In this document: in pieces, positions 1 to 11,275 of the stretch | How the letters are laid out: every line of letters starts with the position of its first letter | How positions within the stretch are numbered: position 1 is the stretch's first letter | Assembly: GCA_965205265.1 (NCBI GenBank) | Contig: CBDBGH010000003.1 | Location: 1,280,001 to 1,344,000 of the forward strand | From: Alphaproteobacteria bacterium | GTDB taxonomy: Bacteria; Pseudomonadota; Alphaproteobacteria; Bin95 | Length of the DNA stretch: 64,000 nucleotides | Direction: 5' to 3' | Made by a program: the position numbers and the translations under genes | The notes under the pieces: model-generated | What the model was told of the DNA's origin: nothing | Database searches by the model: none | The model's input: only the letters and a program-made list of their open reading frames with translations

Positions 1-466
1 CTGACGGCGCGGTCCCCGGCCCCGTCTCAACCCGGCAAGGCTCCGCCAGGCGGTATGGCCGCCAGCCCCTTCTCGGCGTGACGGGGCCTTGCCGGGCGGC
101 AAGGCCGCTGGGCCCCTCTCCCGCCTGCGGACTGTCGGTTTCACGCGTTACCGTCCGGTGGCGTGGCGCTGCATTACCCCAATCCGTCGCCTTGGCCCCG
201 AGCTGGCGTCGCTCCGGCCGGACCGGACTCCGGCAGGCTTGCCAACTCGACCATTCCGGATCGTAGTCCCGAACAGCTTGACCAATTCGGAGCTGATACC
301 AGCGGCGCCCGGTTGTGACTCATCGAGAAAGCCTGCCGGTTTTTCTTTTGCGTCGCCCCGGCTCGGGGGCCGAGGCGACGATAAGGGGGCGCCGTCGGTT
401 CCAACCCACGACCGTTGGTATGACGGAGGAAAGACGGCCGGCGCCCGCCGTTTCGTTCCCGGAAGT

Positions 467-1903
467 TCAGCGCGGGAGTTCGGAGGGGCGGCCGGTCAGG
501 TAGGCATCGACGGCATGGGCGCATTGCCGGCCCTCGCGGATCGCCCAGACGACCAGGGACTGGCCCCGGCGCATGTCGCCGGCCGCAAACACTTTGTCGC
601 GCGAGGTCCGGTAGCTCTCCGTGTCGGCCTCGACATTGCCGCGCGCATCGAGCGCAATGCCCAGCCGGTCGATCATGCCGGCGCGCACCGGACCCGCGAA
701 GCCCATGGCGAGCAGCACAAGGTCCGCCTCGATCTCGCCTTCGGAGCCCGGGACCGGCGCGAAGCCCTTGCCGGCCTCGAAACGCACCTGCCGCGTGGCG
801 AGCGCCCGCACCCGACCCGCCGCGTCGCCGAGGAAAGCCGTGGTTTCGATCTCGTAGCGCTGCTCGGAGCCTTCCTTCTGCGAGGAGGAGATGCGCAGCC
901 GGCGCGGCCAGTAGGGCCAGACCAGGCTGAGGTCCGGGTTCTCCTCGGGTTCGTCGAAGATTTCGAGCTGCACGATCCGCTCCGCGCCCTGGCGCGTCGA
1001 GGTGCCGATGCAGTCGGAGCCGGTGTCGCCGCCGCCGATCACGACAAGCTTGCGGCCGGCGGCGTCGATCCTGTCCGCAGGCGCGGGATCGCCGGCGTTG
1101 ATACGGTTCTGCTGCGGCAGGAAGTCCATCGCGAAATGGATGCCGTCCAGATCGCGCCCCGGCGTGCCCGCAAGGTCGCGCGGCGCCTCAGCGCCGCTGG
1201 CCAGCACGACGGCATCATGCGCAGCGAGCAGCTCCTCGACATCGACATTGACGCCGACATGCGCGCCCGTCCGGAAGACCACGCCCTCCGCCGCCATCTG
1301 TTCCATGCGGCGGTCGATCAGGTGTTTCTCCATCTTGAAGTCCGGAATGCCGTAGCGCAGCAGGCCGCCGATGCGGTCTTCCTTCTCCATCAGCACGACG
1401 TCATGGCCGGCGCGGGCCAATTGCTGCGCCGCCGCCATGCCGGCCGGCCCCGAGCCGACGACGGCGACGCGCTTGCCGGTGCGCGCGGCCGCCGGCTGCG
1501 GCAGGACCCAGCCTTCCTCGAAGCCCTTGTCCACGATGGCGCATTCGATGGTCTTGATGGTGACCGGGTCGTCATTGATGTTGAGGACGCAGGCCTCCTC
1601 GCAGGGCGCGGGGCAGATGCGGCCCGTGAACTCCGGGAAATTGTTGGTGGAGTGCAGATTGACGAGGGCGTCCTGCCAGTCGTCCCGATAGACCAGGTCG
1701 TTCCAGTCCGGGATCTGGTTGTTGACCGGGCAGCCGTTGTGACAGAAGGGGATGCCGCAATCCATGCAGCGCGCCGCCTGCTTGCGGGTCGCCTCGTCGC
1801 CGAGCGGGACCACGAATTCCTGCCAGTGGCGGACGCGCTCCCCGACGGGCCGGTAGGGGCGTTCGCTGCGTCCGAATTCCAGGAATCCGGTGACCTTACC
1901 CAT
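467..1903 (-). CDS. gltD: glutamate synthase small (beta) subunit
   Basis: N-terminal [10 protein letters not shown]; Fe-S motifs [10 protein letters not shown] and [12 protein letters not shown]; FAD motif GSGPAG; GGGDTGSDC; C-terminal [18 protein letters not shown]; overlaps the end of gltB. Confidence 0.97.
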   Translation of the reverse strand: MGKVTGFLEFGRSERPYRPVGERVRHWQEFVVPLGDEATRKQAARCMDCGIPFCHNGCPVNNQIPDWNDLVYRDDWQDALVNLHSTNNFPEFTGRICPAPCEEACVLNINDDPVTIKTIECAIVDKGFEEGWVLPQPAAARTGKRVAVVGSGPAGMAAAQQLARAGHDVVLMEKEDRIGGLLRYGIPDFKMEKHLIDRRMEQMAAEGVVFRTGAHVGVNVDVEELLAAHDAVVLASGAEAPRDLAGTPGRDLDGIHFAMDFLPQQNRINAGDPAPADRIDAAGRKLVVIGGGDTGSDCIGTSTRQGAERIVQLEIFDEPEENPDLSLVWPYWPRRLRISSSQKEGSEQRYEIETTAFLGDAAGRVRALATRQVRFEAGKGFAPVPGSEGEIEADLVLLAMGFAGPVRAGMIDRLGIALDARGNVEADTESYRTSRDKVFAAGDMRRGQSLVVWAIREGRQCAHAVDAYLTGRPSELPR

Positions 1904-4900
1904 GCGCCGCGGCCCCCTGCGCGGCGGCCGCCAATTCCATCAGCGCACGGCGGTAATCCACCGGCATGACCTTGACGAATTTCGAGCGGGCGGCGTCCCA
2001 GTCCGCCAGCATGGCGGCGGCGACGGCGCTGCCGGTATAGCGGCGATGGCGATCCACCATGCGGTAAAGCCGTGCCTCGTCATGGTTCATCATGTCCTGG
2101 AGGTCGCCCGCGTCCCGTCCGGTGGCGGCGACCGCTTCCAGGGTGGCGGCGGCGAGGTTGCACCGTTCCTCGAAGCTGCCGTCGGGGTCGTAAACATAGG
2201 CGATGCCGCCGCTCATGCCGGCGGCGAAGTTCCGGCCCGTGGGGCCGAGCACCGCGACGCAGCCGCCGGTCATGTATTCGCAGCCGTGGTCGCCGACGCC
2301 CTCGACCACCGCCCAAGCCCCTGAATTGCGCACGGCGAAACGCTCCCCGGCGACGCCGGAGAAGTAGCACTCGCCCTCGATGGCCCCGTAGAGGACGGTA
2401 TTGCCAACGACGATGTTCTCGCTCGGCAGATAGGGCGCGGCGGCGGGCGGGTAGATGACCAGCCGACCGCCGGAAAGGCCCTTGCCGACATAATCGTTGG
2501 CCACGCCTTCGAGGTGGATCGCCATACCGCGCGTGGACCAGGCGCCGAAGCTCTGCCCACCGGTGCCCTCCGCCTCGATCACGATGGTATCCTCGGGCAG
2601 GCCCGCATGGCCCCGCTGCTTGGCGACCTCGCCGGCCAGCATGGCGCCGACCGTGCGGTTCACATTGCGCACCTTCGTGCGGATCTTCACCGGACGGCCT
2701 TCGTCCAGCGCCGGTCTAGCTTCTGCTATTAGACGGTTGTCCAGCGCACGGTCGAGGCCGTGGTCCTGCACACCGCTGTTGTGGATATCGACGCCCGGCC
2801 CGACCTCCGGCTTGAACAGGAGCCGGTGGAGGTCCACGCCATGCGCCTTCCAGTGGTCTTGCGCGCGGCGCATGTCCAGCCGGTCGGAGCGGCCGATCAT
2901 CTCGTGGAAGCGCCGGAAACCCAACCGCGCCATGATCTGCCGCACTTCCTCGGCGACGAAGAAGAAGAAGTTGATGACATGCTCGGGCGTGCCGGCGAAG
3001 CGTTGCCGGAGCTCCTCGTCCTGCGTGGCGATGCCGACCGGGCAGGTGTTCAGATGGCACTTGCGCATCATAATGCAGCCCATCGCGATCAGCGGCGCGG
3101 TCGAGAAGCCGAACTCGTCGGCGCCGAGCAGCGCGCCGATGGCGACATCGCGCCCGGTGCGCAGGCCGCCGTCCACCTGCACGGCGATGCGGGTGCGCAG
3201 ATCGTTGAGCACGAGCGTCTGGTGCGTCTCGGAGAGGCCGATCTCCCAGGGCGAGCCGGCATGGGTGAGCGAGGTGACCGGCGAGGCGCCGGTGCCGCCC
3301 TCGAAGCCGGAGATCGTGACATGGTCGGCCTTGGCCTTGGAAACGCCGGCTGCAACCGTGCCGACGCCGACTTCCGAAACGAGCTTCACGCTGATCCGGG
3401 CCGCCGGGTTCACATTCTTCAGGTCGTGGATGAGCTGGGCCAGGTCCTCGATGGAATAGATGTCGTGATGCGGCGGCGGCGAGATGAGGCCGACGCCCGG
3501 CGTCGAGTGCCGGACCCGCGCAATGTTGCGGTCCACCTTGTGGCCCGGAAGCTGGCCGCCCTCGCCGGGCTTCGCGCCCTGCGCCATCTTGATCTGGATA
3601 TCGCTGGAATTGGCGAGATATTCGGCCGTGACGCCGAACCGGCCGGACGCAACCTGCTTGATCGCCGAGCGCATGCTGTCGCCGTTCGCCATCGGCTGGA
3701 AGCGGTCGGCTTCTTCGCCGCCCTCGCCGGTGTTCGACTTGCCGCCGATGCGGTTCATGGCAATCGCGAGCGTGGTGTGCGCCTCGCGCGAGATCGAGCC
3801 GAAGGACATGGCGCCGGTCGCGAACCGCCTCACGATTTCGGCGGCCGGCTCCACCTCCTCCAGCGGCACGCCGTTGCCGTCCTCGCGGAACTCGAACAGC
3901 CCGCGCAAGGTCATCAGCCTGCGGCTCCGGTCATTCAGGATGGCGGCGTATTCCTCGTAGCTCGCCGCATTGTTGGCGCGCGAGGCATGCTGGAGCTTGG
4001 CGACCGAATCCGGCTCCCACTGGTGGTGCTCGCCGCGCAGCCGGTAGGTGTATTCGCCGCCGACATCGAGCATGTTGCGGTAGATCGGCGCGTCGCCCCA
4101 GGCGGCCCGGTGCCGGGCCACCGTCTCGGCCGCCACCTCGGCGAGCGAGGCGCCTTCCACGGTGGTGGCCGTGCCAGTGAAGTAGCGGTCCACAAATTCG
4201 CTGGCGAGGCCGACCGCGTCGAAGATCTGCGCGCCGCAATAGGACTGGTAGGTCGAAATACCCATTTTGGACATGACCTTCAGCAGGCCCTTGCTGACGG
4301 CCTTGACGTAGTTCTTTTGGACCTTTTCGCGGGTATAGCCGGCGGGAAACGCGCCTTCGTCGTGGAGCGCATCCAGCGTCTCGAAGGCGAGATAGGGGTT
4401 GACCGCCTCCGCCCCGTAGCCGGCCAGCACGCAGAAATGATGCACCTCGCGCGCCTCGCCGGTCTCCAGCACGAGGCCGACGCCGGTGCGCGAGCCCTCC
4501 AGGATCAGCCGGTGATGCACCGCCGAGCAGGCCAGCAGCGCCGGCAGCGCGATCCGGTCCGGTCCGACCGCGCGGTCGGAGAGGATAAGGATGTTGAAGC
4601 CCTGCTCGACCGCCCGCTTCGCCTCGTCGCAAAGCGCCTCCAGGGCGGGGCCCATGCCGTCGGCGCCCTCCGCGGCGTCCCAGGTGGTGTCCAGCGTCTC
4701 GGTCAGGAACGCCCCGCCCACCAGGTCGGCGACGTGGCGAATCTTGTCGAGGTCGGCGTCGGTCAGCACCGGCTGCGAGACCTCGAGGCGGCGATGCGCG
4801 CCGCCGCTGTCCAGGTCGAGCAGGTTCGGGCGCGGCCCCACCAGCGAGACCAGCGACATCACCAGTTCCTCGCGGATGGAGTCGATGGGCGGGTTAGTGA

Positions 4901-6482
4901 CCTGCGCGAACAGCTGCTTGAAATAGGTGTAGAGCAGCTTCGGGCGCTCGGAGAGCACGGAGATCGGCGTGTCGGTGCCCATCGACCCGACCGGGTCGTC
5001 GCCGTCGGCGCCCATCGGCTGCAGGAAGACCTCAAGGTCCTCGTTCGTGTATCCGAAGGCCTGCTGGCGGTCGAGCAGGTCGCCCGCCGGCGGCCGGTTG
5101 CTGGCCGCGCGCGGCGGCGCCTCCAGGTCGTCGAGCCGGAAGCGGGTGCGCGCGAGCCACTGGCCGTAAGGCTGCGAGCGGGCGAGTTCCGCCTTGAGCT
5201 CACCGTCGTCCACGATGCGCTGCTGCTCCAGGTCGATCAGGAACATCCTGCCGGGCTGGAGCCGCCATTGCCGGGCGATGCGCTCCGGCGGGATGTCGAG
5301 CACACCGACTTCGGACGCCATCACCACGAGTCCGTCCGTCGTCACCAGGTAGCGGGCCGGGCGCAGGCCGTTGCGGTCCAGCGTGGCGCCGATCTGCCGC
5401 CCGTCCGTGAAAGCCACGGCCGCCGGCCCATCCCAAGGCTCCATCAGCGCGGCGTGATACTCGTAAAAGGCGCGGCGCTCCTCGTCCATCAACGGGTTGC
5501 CGGCCCAGGCCTCGGGAATGAGCAGCATCATCGCATGGGCGAGCGAGTAGCCGCCGCGCGTCAGCAGCTCCAGCGCATTGTCGAAGCAGGCGGTGTCGGA
5601 CTGCCCGGCCGGGATCAGCGGCCAGAGCTTCTCCATGTCGTCGCCGAACAGCTTCGAGCTGGTCGCGTGCCGGCGCGCCGCCATCCAGTTGTAGTTGCCG
5701 CGCACCGTGTTGATCTCGCCATTGTGGCAGATCATCCGGTAGGGATGCGCCAGGCGCCAGGAGGGGAAGGTGTTGGTCGAGAACCGCTGGTGGACGAGCG
5801 CCAGCGCGGACTCGATCCGCTCGTCCTGGAGGTCGAGATAGTAGTCGGCCAATTGCGGCGCGAGCAGCATGCCCTTGTAAACGATGGTCCGGCAGGAGAG
5901 CGAGGCGATGTAGAAATCGTCGAGGCCGGGCGCGTCCTCGGCGGCGGCCTCGTTCTCGATCCGCTTGCGGATGACGAAGAGCTTGCGCTCGAAGGCGTCG
6001 CCCGCCCCGGTGCCGGCGCCGCGCGCGACGAAGATCTGGCGTACGACCGGCTCCGTGGCCGAGACCGTGGGGCCCAGGATTTCGCTCGCGACCGGCACCG
6101 TCCGCCAGCCGGCGACCTGCTGGCCTTCCTCGGCCACGATGCGCTCGACCAGCGCCTCATAGACGGCGCGCGGCGCCTCGGCCCGCGGCAGGAAGACGGA
6201 GCCCGCCGCATAGTCCGGCTCGTCCGGCAGGTCGATGCCGGCCTCCGGCGCGACCGCGCGGAAGAGCCCGTCGGGCTTTTGCAGCAATATGCCAGAGCCG
6301 TCCCCGGCCAGCGGGTCCGCGCCGACCGCGCCCCGGTGGTCCAGGTTCAGCAGGATCTCTAGGCCCTGCCGGACGATGCGGTGGGACTTGCGGTTCTTTA
6401 TATCGACGACGAAGCCGACGCCGCAGCTGTCATGCTCGTTGCGGGGGTCGTAGAGTCCCTGCTTGGGTGGCAACGCAGACAC
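1896..6482 (-). CDS. gltB: glutamate synthase large (alpha) subunit
   Basis: 1528 aa; EHDSCGVGF Ntn start; [12 protein letters not shown]; [13 protein letters not shown]; [15 protein letters not shown] 3Fe-4S motif; GXGXG C-terminal domain. Confidence 0.98.
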   Translation of the reverse strand: MSALPPKQGLYDPRNEHDSCGVGFVVDIKNRKSHRIVRQGLEILLNLDHRGAVGADPLAGDGSGILLQKPDGLFRAVAPEAGIDLPDEPDYAAGSVFLPRAEAPRAVYEALVERIVAEEGQQVAGWRTVPVASEILGPTVSATEPVVRQIFVARGAGTGAGDAFERKLFVIRKRIENEAAAEDAPGLDDFYIASLSCRTIVYKGMLLAPQLADYYLDLQDERIESALALVHQRFSTNTFPSWRLAHPYRMICHNGEINTVRGNYNWMAARRHATSSKLFGDDMEKLWPLIPAGQSDTACFDNALELLTRGGYSLAHAMMLLIPEAWAGNPLMDEERRAFYEYHAALMEPWDGPAAVAFTDGRQIGATLDRNGLRPARYLVTTDGLVVMASEVGVLDIPPERIARQWRLQPGRMFLIDLEQQRIVDDGELKAELARSQPYGQWLARTRFRLDDLEAPPRAASNRPPAGDLLDRQQAFGYTNEDLEVFLQPMGADGDDPVGSMGTDTPISVLSERPKLLYTYFKQLFAQVTNPPIDSIREELVMSLVSLVGPRPNLLDLDSGGAHRRLEVSQPVLTDADLDKIRHVADLVGGAFLTETLDTTWDAAEGADGMGPALEALCDEAKRAVEQGFNILILSDRAVGPDRIALPALLACSAVHHRLILEGSRTGVGLVLETGEAREVHHFCVLAGYGAEAVNPYLAFETLDALHDEGAFPAGYTREKVQKNYVKAVSKGLLKVMSKMGISTYQSYCGAQIFDAVGLASEFVDRYFTGTATTVEGASLAEVAAETVARHRAAWGDAPIYRNMLDVGGEYTYRLRGEHHQWEPDSVAKLQHASRANNAASYEEYAAILNDRSRRLMTLRGLFEFREDGNGVPLEEVEPAAEIVRRFATGAMSFGSISREAHTTLAIAMNRIGGKSNTGEGGEEADRFQPMANGDSMRSAIKQVASGRFGVTAEYLANSSDIQIKMAQGAKPGEGGQLPGHKVDRNIARVRHSTPGVGLISPPPHHDIYSIEDLAQLIHDLKNVNPAARISVKLVSEVGVGTVAAGVSKAKADHVTISGFEGGTGASPVTSLTHAGSPWEIGLSETHQTLVLNDLRTRIAVQVDGGLRTGRDVAIGALLGADEFGFSTAPLIAMGCIMMRKCHLNTCPVGIATQDEELRQRFAGTPEHVINFFFFVAEEVRQIMARLGFRRFHEMIGRSDRLDMRRAQDHWKAHGVDLHRLLFKPEVGPGVDIHNSGVQDHGLDRALDNRLIAEARPALDEGRPVKIRTKVRNVNRTVGAMLAGEVAKQRGHAGLPEDTIVIEAEGTGGQSFGAWSTRGMAIHLEGVANDYVGKGLSGGRLVIYPPAAAPYLPSENIVVGNTVLYGAIEGECYFSGVAGERFAVRNSGAWAVVEGVGDHGCEYMTGGCVAVLGPTGRNFAAGMSGGIAYVYDPDGSFEERCNLAAATLEAVAATGRDAGDLQDMMNHDEARLYRMVDRHRRYTGSAVAAAMLADWDAARSKFVKVMPVDYRRALMELAAAAQGAAAHG

Positions 6483-6686
6483 GATATGTCACCTCCGCAG
6501 GTTTCGTTGGCAAAGAGCCGCAGCCTCTCGAGCCGGGCGGGTGTCGCCCAAAGGAAAGCCGATATAGAGCATTGCAGGGCCGGGTAGAAGACGGCGGGAC
6601 GGTTGGTCGCAACGATTCTGCGGCCCGGAGCGCGGGCGCGGGCAAGAGGTTAAGATGGGCCGGGTTCGACCGGCCGGGGCAAGGGC

Positions 6687-7406
6687 ATGGCGGAACGTAT
6701 TCTGATTACCGGTGGCGCGCGGCGCCTGGGTCTGGCGCTTGCCCGCGCCATGCTGGCGGCAGGGCACCGGGTCGCCGTCCACACGCGCTCGACCGGGCCG
6801 CCGGCGGGTCTGGATGCGGTGGTCCTGCAGGGCGACCTGGACGACCCCTCCGTGCCGGTGCGGATCGTCAGGGAAGCGCATGAGCGGCTCGGCGGGCTTT
6901 CGGTGCTGGTCAACAATGCCGCGCGGTTCGAGCCGGACCGGATCGGCACGCTCGACGCCGCCTCCTTCGACGCCCATATGGCGACCAACCTGCGCGCGCC
7001 GCTGCTCGCGATCCAGGCCTTCGCCGCGGTGCTCGGGGAAGACGGGACGGGGCTTGCGGTCAATATCGTGGACCAGAAGATCCGCCATCCGGGTGCGGGC
7101 TACCTCTCCTACACGCTCAGCAAGATCGCGCTGGAAGGGGCGGTGCGCACGCTCGCGGCGGAGCTCGCCCCGCGGCTCCGGATCGCGGCGATTGCGCCCG
7201 GCATCGTCTATGAGAGCGCCGGCATGAAGCCCGGACGGCTGGAGGCGCTCGGCGCAAGACTGCCGCTCCGCCGCGCGGTGCGGCCGGAAGAAGTCGCCGC
7301 CGCGCTCGCCTATCTCATCGAAACGCCCTCGGTCACGGGCGAGACGCTTTTCGTCGATTCAGGCGAGGCCCTGCGGGCGCGTTCGGTTATTCTTGGAGCA
7401 AGCTGA
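6687..7406 (+). CDS. short-chain dehydrogenase, pteridine reductase/FolM-like
   Basis: TGGARRLG, VNNAA, NIVDQ and YTLSK (YxxxK) motifs. Confidence 0.8.
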   Translation: MAERILITGGARRLGLALARAMLAAGHRVAVHTRSTGPPAGLDAVVLQGDLDDPSVPVRIVREAHERLGGLSVLVNNAARFEPDRIGTLDAASFDAHMATNLRAPLLAIQAFAAVLGEDGTGLAVNIVDQKIRHPGAGYLSYTLSKIALEGAVRTLAAELAPRLRIAAIAPGIVYESAGMKPGRLEALGARLPLRRAVRPEEVAAALAYLIETPSVTGETLFVDSGEALRARSVILGAS

Positions 7407-7423
7407 AGGCGGGAGGCGCGCAC

Positions 7424-8884
7424 ATGGCGGCATACGATACGGTCATTCGCGGCGGCACGGTGGTCACGGCGTCGGACATGGTCCGGGCCGATATCGGCAT
7501 CGCCGGAGGGCGCGTCGCGGCGCTCGGCGAGAACCTGGACGAGGGCGTGCATGAGATCGACGCCGGCGGCCGGCTGGTCATGCCGGGCGGGGTGGACAGC
7601 CATTGCCATATCGAGCAGCCGGGCTCCACCGGCGGCACCAATGCCGACACCTTCACCAGCGGCTCCATCTCGGCCGCCTGCGGCGGCACGACGACGACGA
7701 TCAGCTTTTCGCCGCAGGTCCGGGGCCGGGGCGTGAAGGAGGCGATGGACGGCTATGCCGCGCTCGCGCGCAAGTCGGTCATCGACTACTGCTTCCACAT
7801 CATCGTCAACGACCCCTCCGACGCGGTGATCGAGGAGGAGCTGCCGGAGCTGATCGCGGAAGGCCACCGCTCGATCAAGGTGTTCATGACCTATCCGTCG
7901 AACCGGATGGACGATGCGCAACTGCTGAAGGTGTTCGCCTGCGCGAAGAAGCACGGGGCGTTCGTCTGCGTCCACGCGGAGAACCATGACGCCATCATGT
8001 GGATGACGGACCGGCTGCTGGAAGCGGGGCTGACCTCGCCGCGCTACCACGCCTGGTCCAAGCCGCCGGTCGTCGAGCGCGAGGCCGTCCACCGCGTCAT
8101 TGCGCTCGCCGAGCTGCTGGACCTGCCGATCCAGGTCTTCCATGTCACCTGCGCGGAAGCGGCCGAGGAAATCCGCCGGGCGCAGGCGCGCGGCATCAAG
8201 GTGTTCGGGGAGACCTGCCCGCAATATCTGACGCTCACCGCTGACGACATGGACCGGGACGGCTTCGAGGGCGCCAAGTTCATCTGCTCGCCGGCGCCCC
8301 GCACCGAAGCCGACCACGAGGCGATCTGGCGCGCGCTCACCGACGGCACGCTCGGCATTGTGAGTTCGGACCATGCGCCCTACAGCTTCGACGATCCGAG
8401 GGGCAAGGCGCTGCACGGCGCCAATGCGCGCTTCAGCGAAATCCCGAACGGCGTGCCGGGACTGGAGACGCGCCTGCCGCTCGTATTCTCCGAGGGCGTC
8501 GCCGCCGGCAGGATAGGCCCGTGCGAGTTCGTGGCGCTGACCTCCGCCAATCCGGCCCGGCTGTTCGGCCTCTATCCGAAGAAGGGCACGATTGCCGTCG
8601 GCTCGGACGCCGACATCGCGATCTGGGATGCAGAGCGGGAGGTCACCATCCGCAGCGACGACCTGCACACGCTGACCGACTACACGCCCTATGAAGGCAT
8701 GACGGTGACCGGCTGGCCCGCGATGACGCTGTCGCGCGGCGAGGTGATCTGGAACGACAGCGAGGTGACGGCCGAGCCGGGGCGCGGCCGGTGGTTGAAG
8801 CGCGAGCCCTATGACTTCATCCGGCCCACCGGCCGCTTCACCGCCCCCTTCGACCCCATCGCGCTCCGGAAGCTGGAGGAGTGA
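7424..8884 (+). CDS. hydA: dihydropyrimidinase (D-hydantoinase)
   Basis: PGGVDSHCH metal motif, GGTTT, SIKVFMTY, HAEN, ETCPQYL, SSDHAP; GGAGG RBS upstream. Confidence 0.9.
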   Translation: MAAYDTVIRGGTVVTASDMVRADIGIAGGRVAALGENLDEGVHEIDAGGRLVMPGGVDSHCHIEQPGSTGGTNADTFTSGSISAACGGTTTTISFSPQVRGRGVKEAMDGYAALARKSVIDYCFHIIVNDPSDAVIEEELPELIAEGHRSIKVFMTYPSNRMDDAQLLKVFACAKKHGAFVCVHAENHDAIMWMTDRLLEAGLTSPRYHAWSKPPVVEREAVHRVIALAELLDLPIQVFHVTCAEAAEEIRRAQARGIKVFGETCPQYLTLTADDMDRDGFEGAKFICSPAPRTEADHEAIWRALTDGTLGIVSSDHAPYSFDDPRGKALHGANARFSEIPNGVPGLETRLPLVFSEGVAAGRIGPCEFVALTSANPARLFGLYPKKGTIAVGSDADIAIWDAEREVTIRSDDLHTLTDYTPYEGMTVTGWPAMTLSRGEVIWNDSEVTAEPGRGRWLKREPYDFIRPTGRFTAPFDPIALRKLEE

Positions 8885-9546
8885 GGCCGCCGCGCATGCC
8901 GTATGAAATCCGGCTGTTCGAAGATGTGCTGTTCGGCGGCGAGGAGGTCCGGCTCGGCGATCCCGCACCGAGGGCGCTCTATGTCTCGGCCGGCAGCATC
9001 TCGGTGAATGGGGAGGAGGTCCCGGCCGACGGAGGAGTCGTCCTTGCGGAGCCGGTGCGGCTGTGCGCCGGCGGCAGCGGCGCTGCGGTCTGGCGTTGGG
9101 AGGTCGCGGCCTGCGATGCCGACACCGCCGCATACGGCCATCGGGCAGCGCTTCGCCTCGCCGGCCGGATCGATCCGGCTGCAATCGCCGATGAACTGCT
9201 GATCCGGCTCGACAGCGTCGCCTTCCCGCCCGGCGGAACGGCTCTGCTTCACACCCATCGGGGCCCGGGAATCAGGTGCCTCCGGGAGGGGGAGATCAGG
9301 ATCGACACGGAAGGCCGCTCCTCGTCCTACGGGCCCGGCGGCGCCTGGTTCGAAAGCGGGCCGGAGCCCGTCTTCGCGCAAGCCTCGCCCGATGTCCCGA
9401 GCCGCTTCATTCGCGCGATGGTCCTGCCCCTGTCCCTGCTCGGCGCGTCGTCCATTCGCTATGTCAGGGACGAAGACCGGGACAGGCCGAAGTCGCAAAG
9501 CTACCGGGTGTTCGCCGAGCTGCCCGTAAGCCCCGGTCCGCCATAG
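8881..9546 (+). CDS. cupin-domain protein
   Basis: FPPGGTALLHTHRGPGIRCLREG and GPGGAWFE cupin pattern; start overlaps the hydA stop. Confidence 0.7.
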   Translation: MRPPRMPYEIRLFEDVLFGGEEVRLGDPAPRALYVSAGSISVNGEEVPADGGVVLAEPVRLCAGGSGAAVWRWEVAACDADTAAYGHRAALRLAGRIDPAAIADELLIRLDSVAFPPGGTALLHTHRGPGIRCLREGEIRIDTEGRSSSYGPGGAWFESGPEPVFAQASPDVPSRFIRAMVLPLSLLGASSIRYVRDEDRDRPKSQSYRVFAELPVSPGPP

Positions 9547-9648
9547 CCTGTTCGCGCACGCAGCCGTCGGTGTCCTTGACTTGGCTTACTGTTAAGACTA
9601 GGCTGAGACTGGTTGATTCGAAGCGGGAGCGCAGAGGAGGCGGGCGCA

Positions 9649-9891
9649 GTGTCGGAAATCGGGGCGTTCGAGGCAAAAACCCACTTGCCGCAACTACTTC
9701 GGCGGGTGGAAGCAGGCGAACGGTTCGTCATCACCAGGCACGGCCGGCCGCTGGCCGAACTGGTCCCGTTCCGCTCGCGGGATGCCAGCAAGGTGCAATC
9801 TGCGATCGATGCCTTGAAGGAGTTCCAGCGGACTCACTCCCTCGGCGGGACCCCGATCCGTCAGATGATCGAGGAAGCGCGCAAACACTGA
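9649..9891 (+). CDS. type II antitoxin, Phd/YefM family
   Basis: IGAFEAKTHLPQLLRRVEAGERFVITRHGRPLAELVP; GTG start after GAGGAGG. Confidence 0.92.
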   Translation: MSEIGAFEAKTHLPQLLRRVEAGERFVITRHGRPLAELVPFRSRDASKVQSAIDALKEFQRTHSLGGTPIRQMIEEARKH

Positions 9892-10307
9892 TGCCTTTCG
9901 TTCTCGATTGCTCGGTCGCCATGGCCTGGGTGTTCCCCGACGAGTCCTCGCAGGCGACCGACCGGCTGCGCGATTCGCTCGTCAGCGACCGCGCGTTCGT
10001 CCCGTCGCTTTGGCCCGTCGAAGTCGGCAGCGTGCTGCTTGCCGCGACCCGGCGCCGCCGCATCGGGGTCGGCGAGTGGCCGGCGATCTGCGCCAGCCTG
10101 GACGCGCTCCCCATCGAAATCGAGCAGGTGTCCACATCCTGTGTGTGGGGGCCGGCGCTGGCGCTTGCCGACCGCCATGACCTGTCCGTCTATGACGCCA
10201 CTTATCTCGAACTCGCGTTGCGCATGCGGTTGCCGCTCGCCACGCTGGACCGAGCCCTGGCGGCCGGGGCGCGGGCGGCCGGGCTCGATGCGCCCGCGAC
10301 CGCATAA
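9891..10307 (+). CDS. vapC: type II toxin, VapC (PIN domain)
   Basis: FVLDCSV, LWPVEV, LSVYDATYLELA, LATLD acidic PIN residues; TGATG coupling to the antitoxin (C-terminal part of the 9276..10307 ORF). Confidence 0.92.
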   Translation: MPFVLDCSVAMAWVFPDESSQATDRLRDSLVSDRAFVPSLWPVEVGSVLLAATRRRRIGVGEWPAICASLDALPIEIEQVSTSCVWGPALALADRHDLSVYDATYLELALRMRLPLATLDRALAAGARAAGLDAPATA

Positions 10308-10345
10308 GCAGGCGCGGCGCGCAGGCAAGCGGGAGGACAAGGAAC

Positions 10346-11101
10346 ATGCGTTGCAGCGGAAAGGTCGCAATCGTCACCGGCGGAGCCATGGGTATCGGCC
10401 GCGCCGTCGCGGAAGGGCTGCTCGCGGAAGGCGCGAATGTGGTCATTGCCGACCGCGCGGGCGCGGCGGAGGCCGCAAAGGCGCTCGACAACGCCGGGAA
10501 CGCCGTCATCGGCGTCGCCTGCGACGTGTCGAGCCGGGACGACACCGAGGCCATGGCAGGGGCCGCGCTGGAGGCGTTCGGCCGCATCGACGTGCTGGTC
10601 AACAATGCCGGCATCTACTCCTCGCTCAAGACCGGGCCCTTCGAGGAACTGGATATCGAGGAGTGGCGGCGCGTGCTCGATGTGAATGTCATCGGGCAGG
10701 CGATGGCGACCCGCGCGGTCGTCCCGGCCATGCGCCGGCAGGGCGGGGGCTCGGTCGTCAATTTCTCGTCGGGCACGCCGTTCAAGGGCGTTCCGTTCCT
10801 GCTGCACTATGTGGCGAGCAAGGGCGCGGTCAACGCGATGACCAAGGCGCTGGCGAAGGAACTCGGCGGCGCGGGCATTCGGGTCAATGCGGTGGCGCCC
10901 GGCTTCACGCTCTCCGACGGCGTGCTGGCGAATCCCCACCAGCTTGAAACGCTCCGGGACATCTCGCTTCAGGCGCGCGTCATCCAGCGCGACCAGCACC
11001 CGGCGGACGTCGTGGGCGCGGTGGTCTTCTTCGCGTCCGGAGAGTCCGACTTCGTCACCGGGCAAACCCTCGTCGTGGACGGCGGCGCCTATTTCCACTG
11101 A
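10346..11101 (+). CDS. SDR family oxidoreductase
   Basis: TGGAMGIG, VNNAG, HYVASKG, VTGQTLVVDGG. Confidence 0.9.
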   Translation: MRCSGKVAIVTGGAMGIGRAVAEGLLAEGANVVIADRAGAAEAAKALDNAGNAVIGVACDVSSRDDTEAMAGAALEAFGRIDVLVNNAGIYSSLKTGPFEELDIEEWRRVLDVNVIGQAMATRAVVPAMRRQGGGSVVNFSSGTPFKGVPFLLHYVASKGAVNAMTKALAKELGGAGIRVNAVAPGFTLSDGVLANPHQLETLRDISLQARVIQRDQHPADVVGAVVFFASGESDFVTGQTLVVDGGAYFH

Positions 11102-11275
11102 TCCGGATCGATTCTCGCGAAACAGCCGTTCCTGTCAGGGGTTCCAGATACTCCCATTAGCCGCCGGTTAGTCGGTTCCTTCCGGCGGGTCGGCGAACGC
11201 CCGGCGGTCTGGCGGGAGCGCCGCCGCGTGTGCTTGAATGACGCCTGTTTTCCCGGAACGAAAGCCCGAGCCGCC

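Noticed and set aside
1-460. Region downstream of gltD with hairpins, e.g. 351-380 next to a T-run
   Set aside because: The T-run is on the wrong side to terminate gltD; no tRNA, riboswitch or credible ORF recognised.
89-6362. Long plus-strand ORFs (89..1969, 2760..6362) and similar long antisense ORFs throughout, e.g. 7310..9184, 39465..41372, 48740..50689, 60091..62307
   Set aside because: Antisense shadows of real high-GC genes; no recognisable motifs.
9649-10307. Phd-VapC pair as a novel defence system
   Set aside because: Canonical type II TA module; annotated as a feature only.
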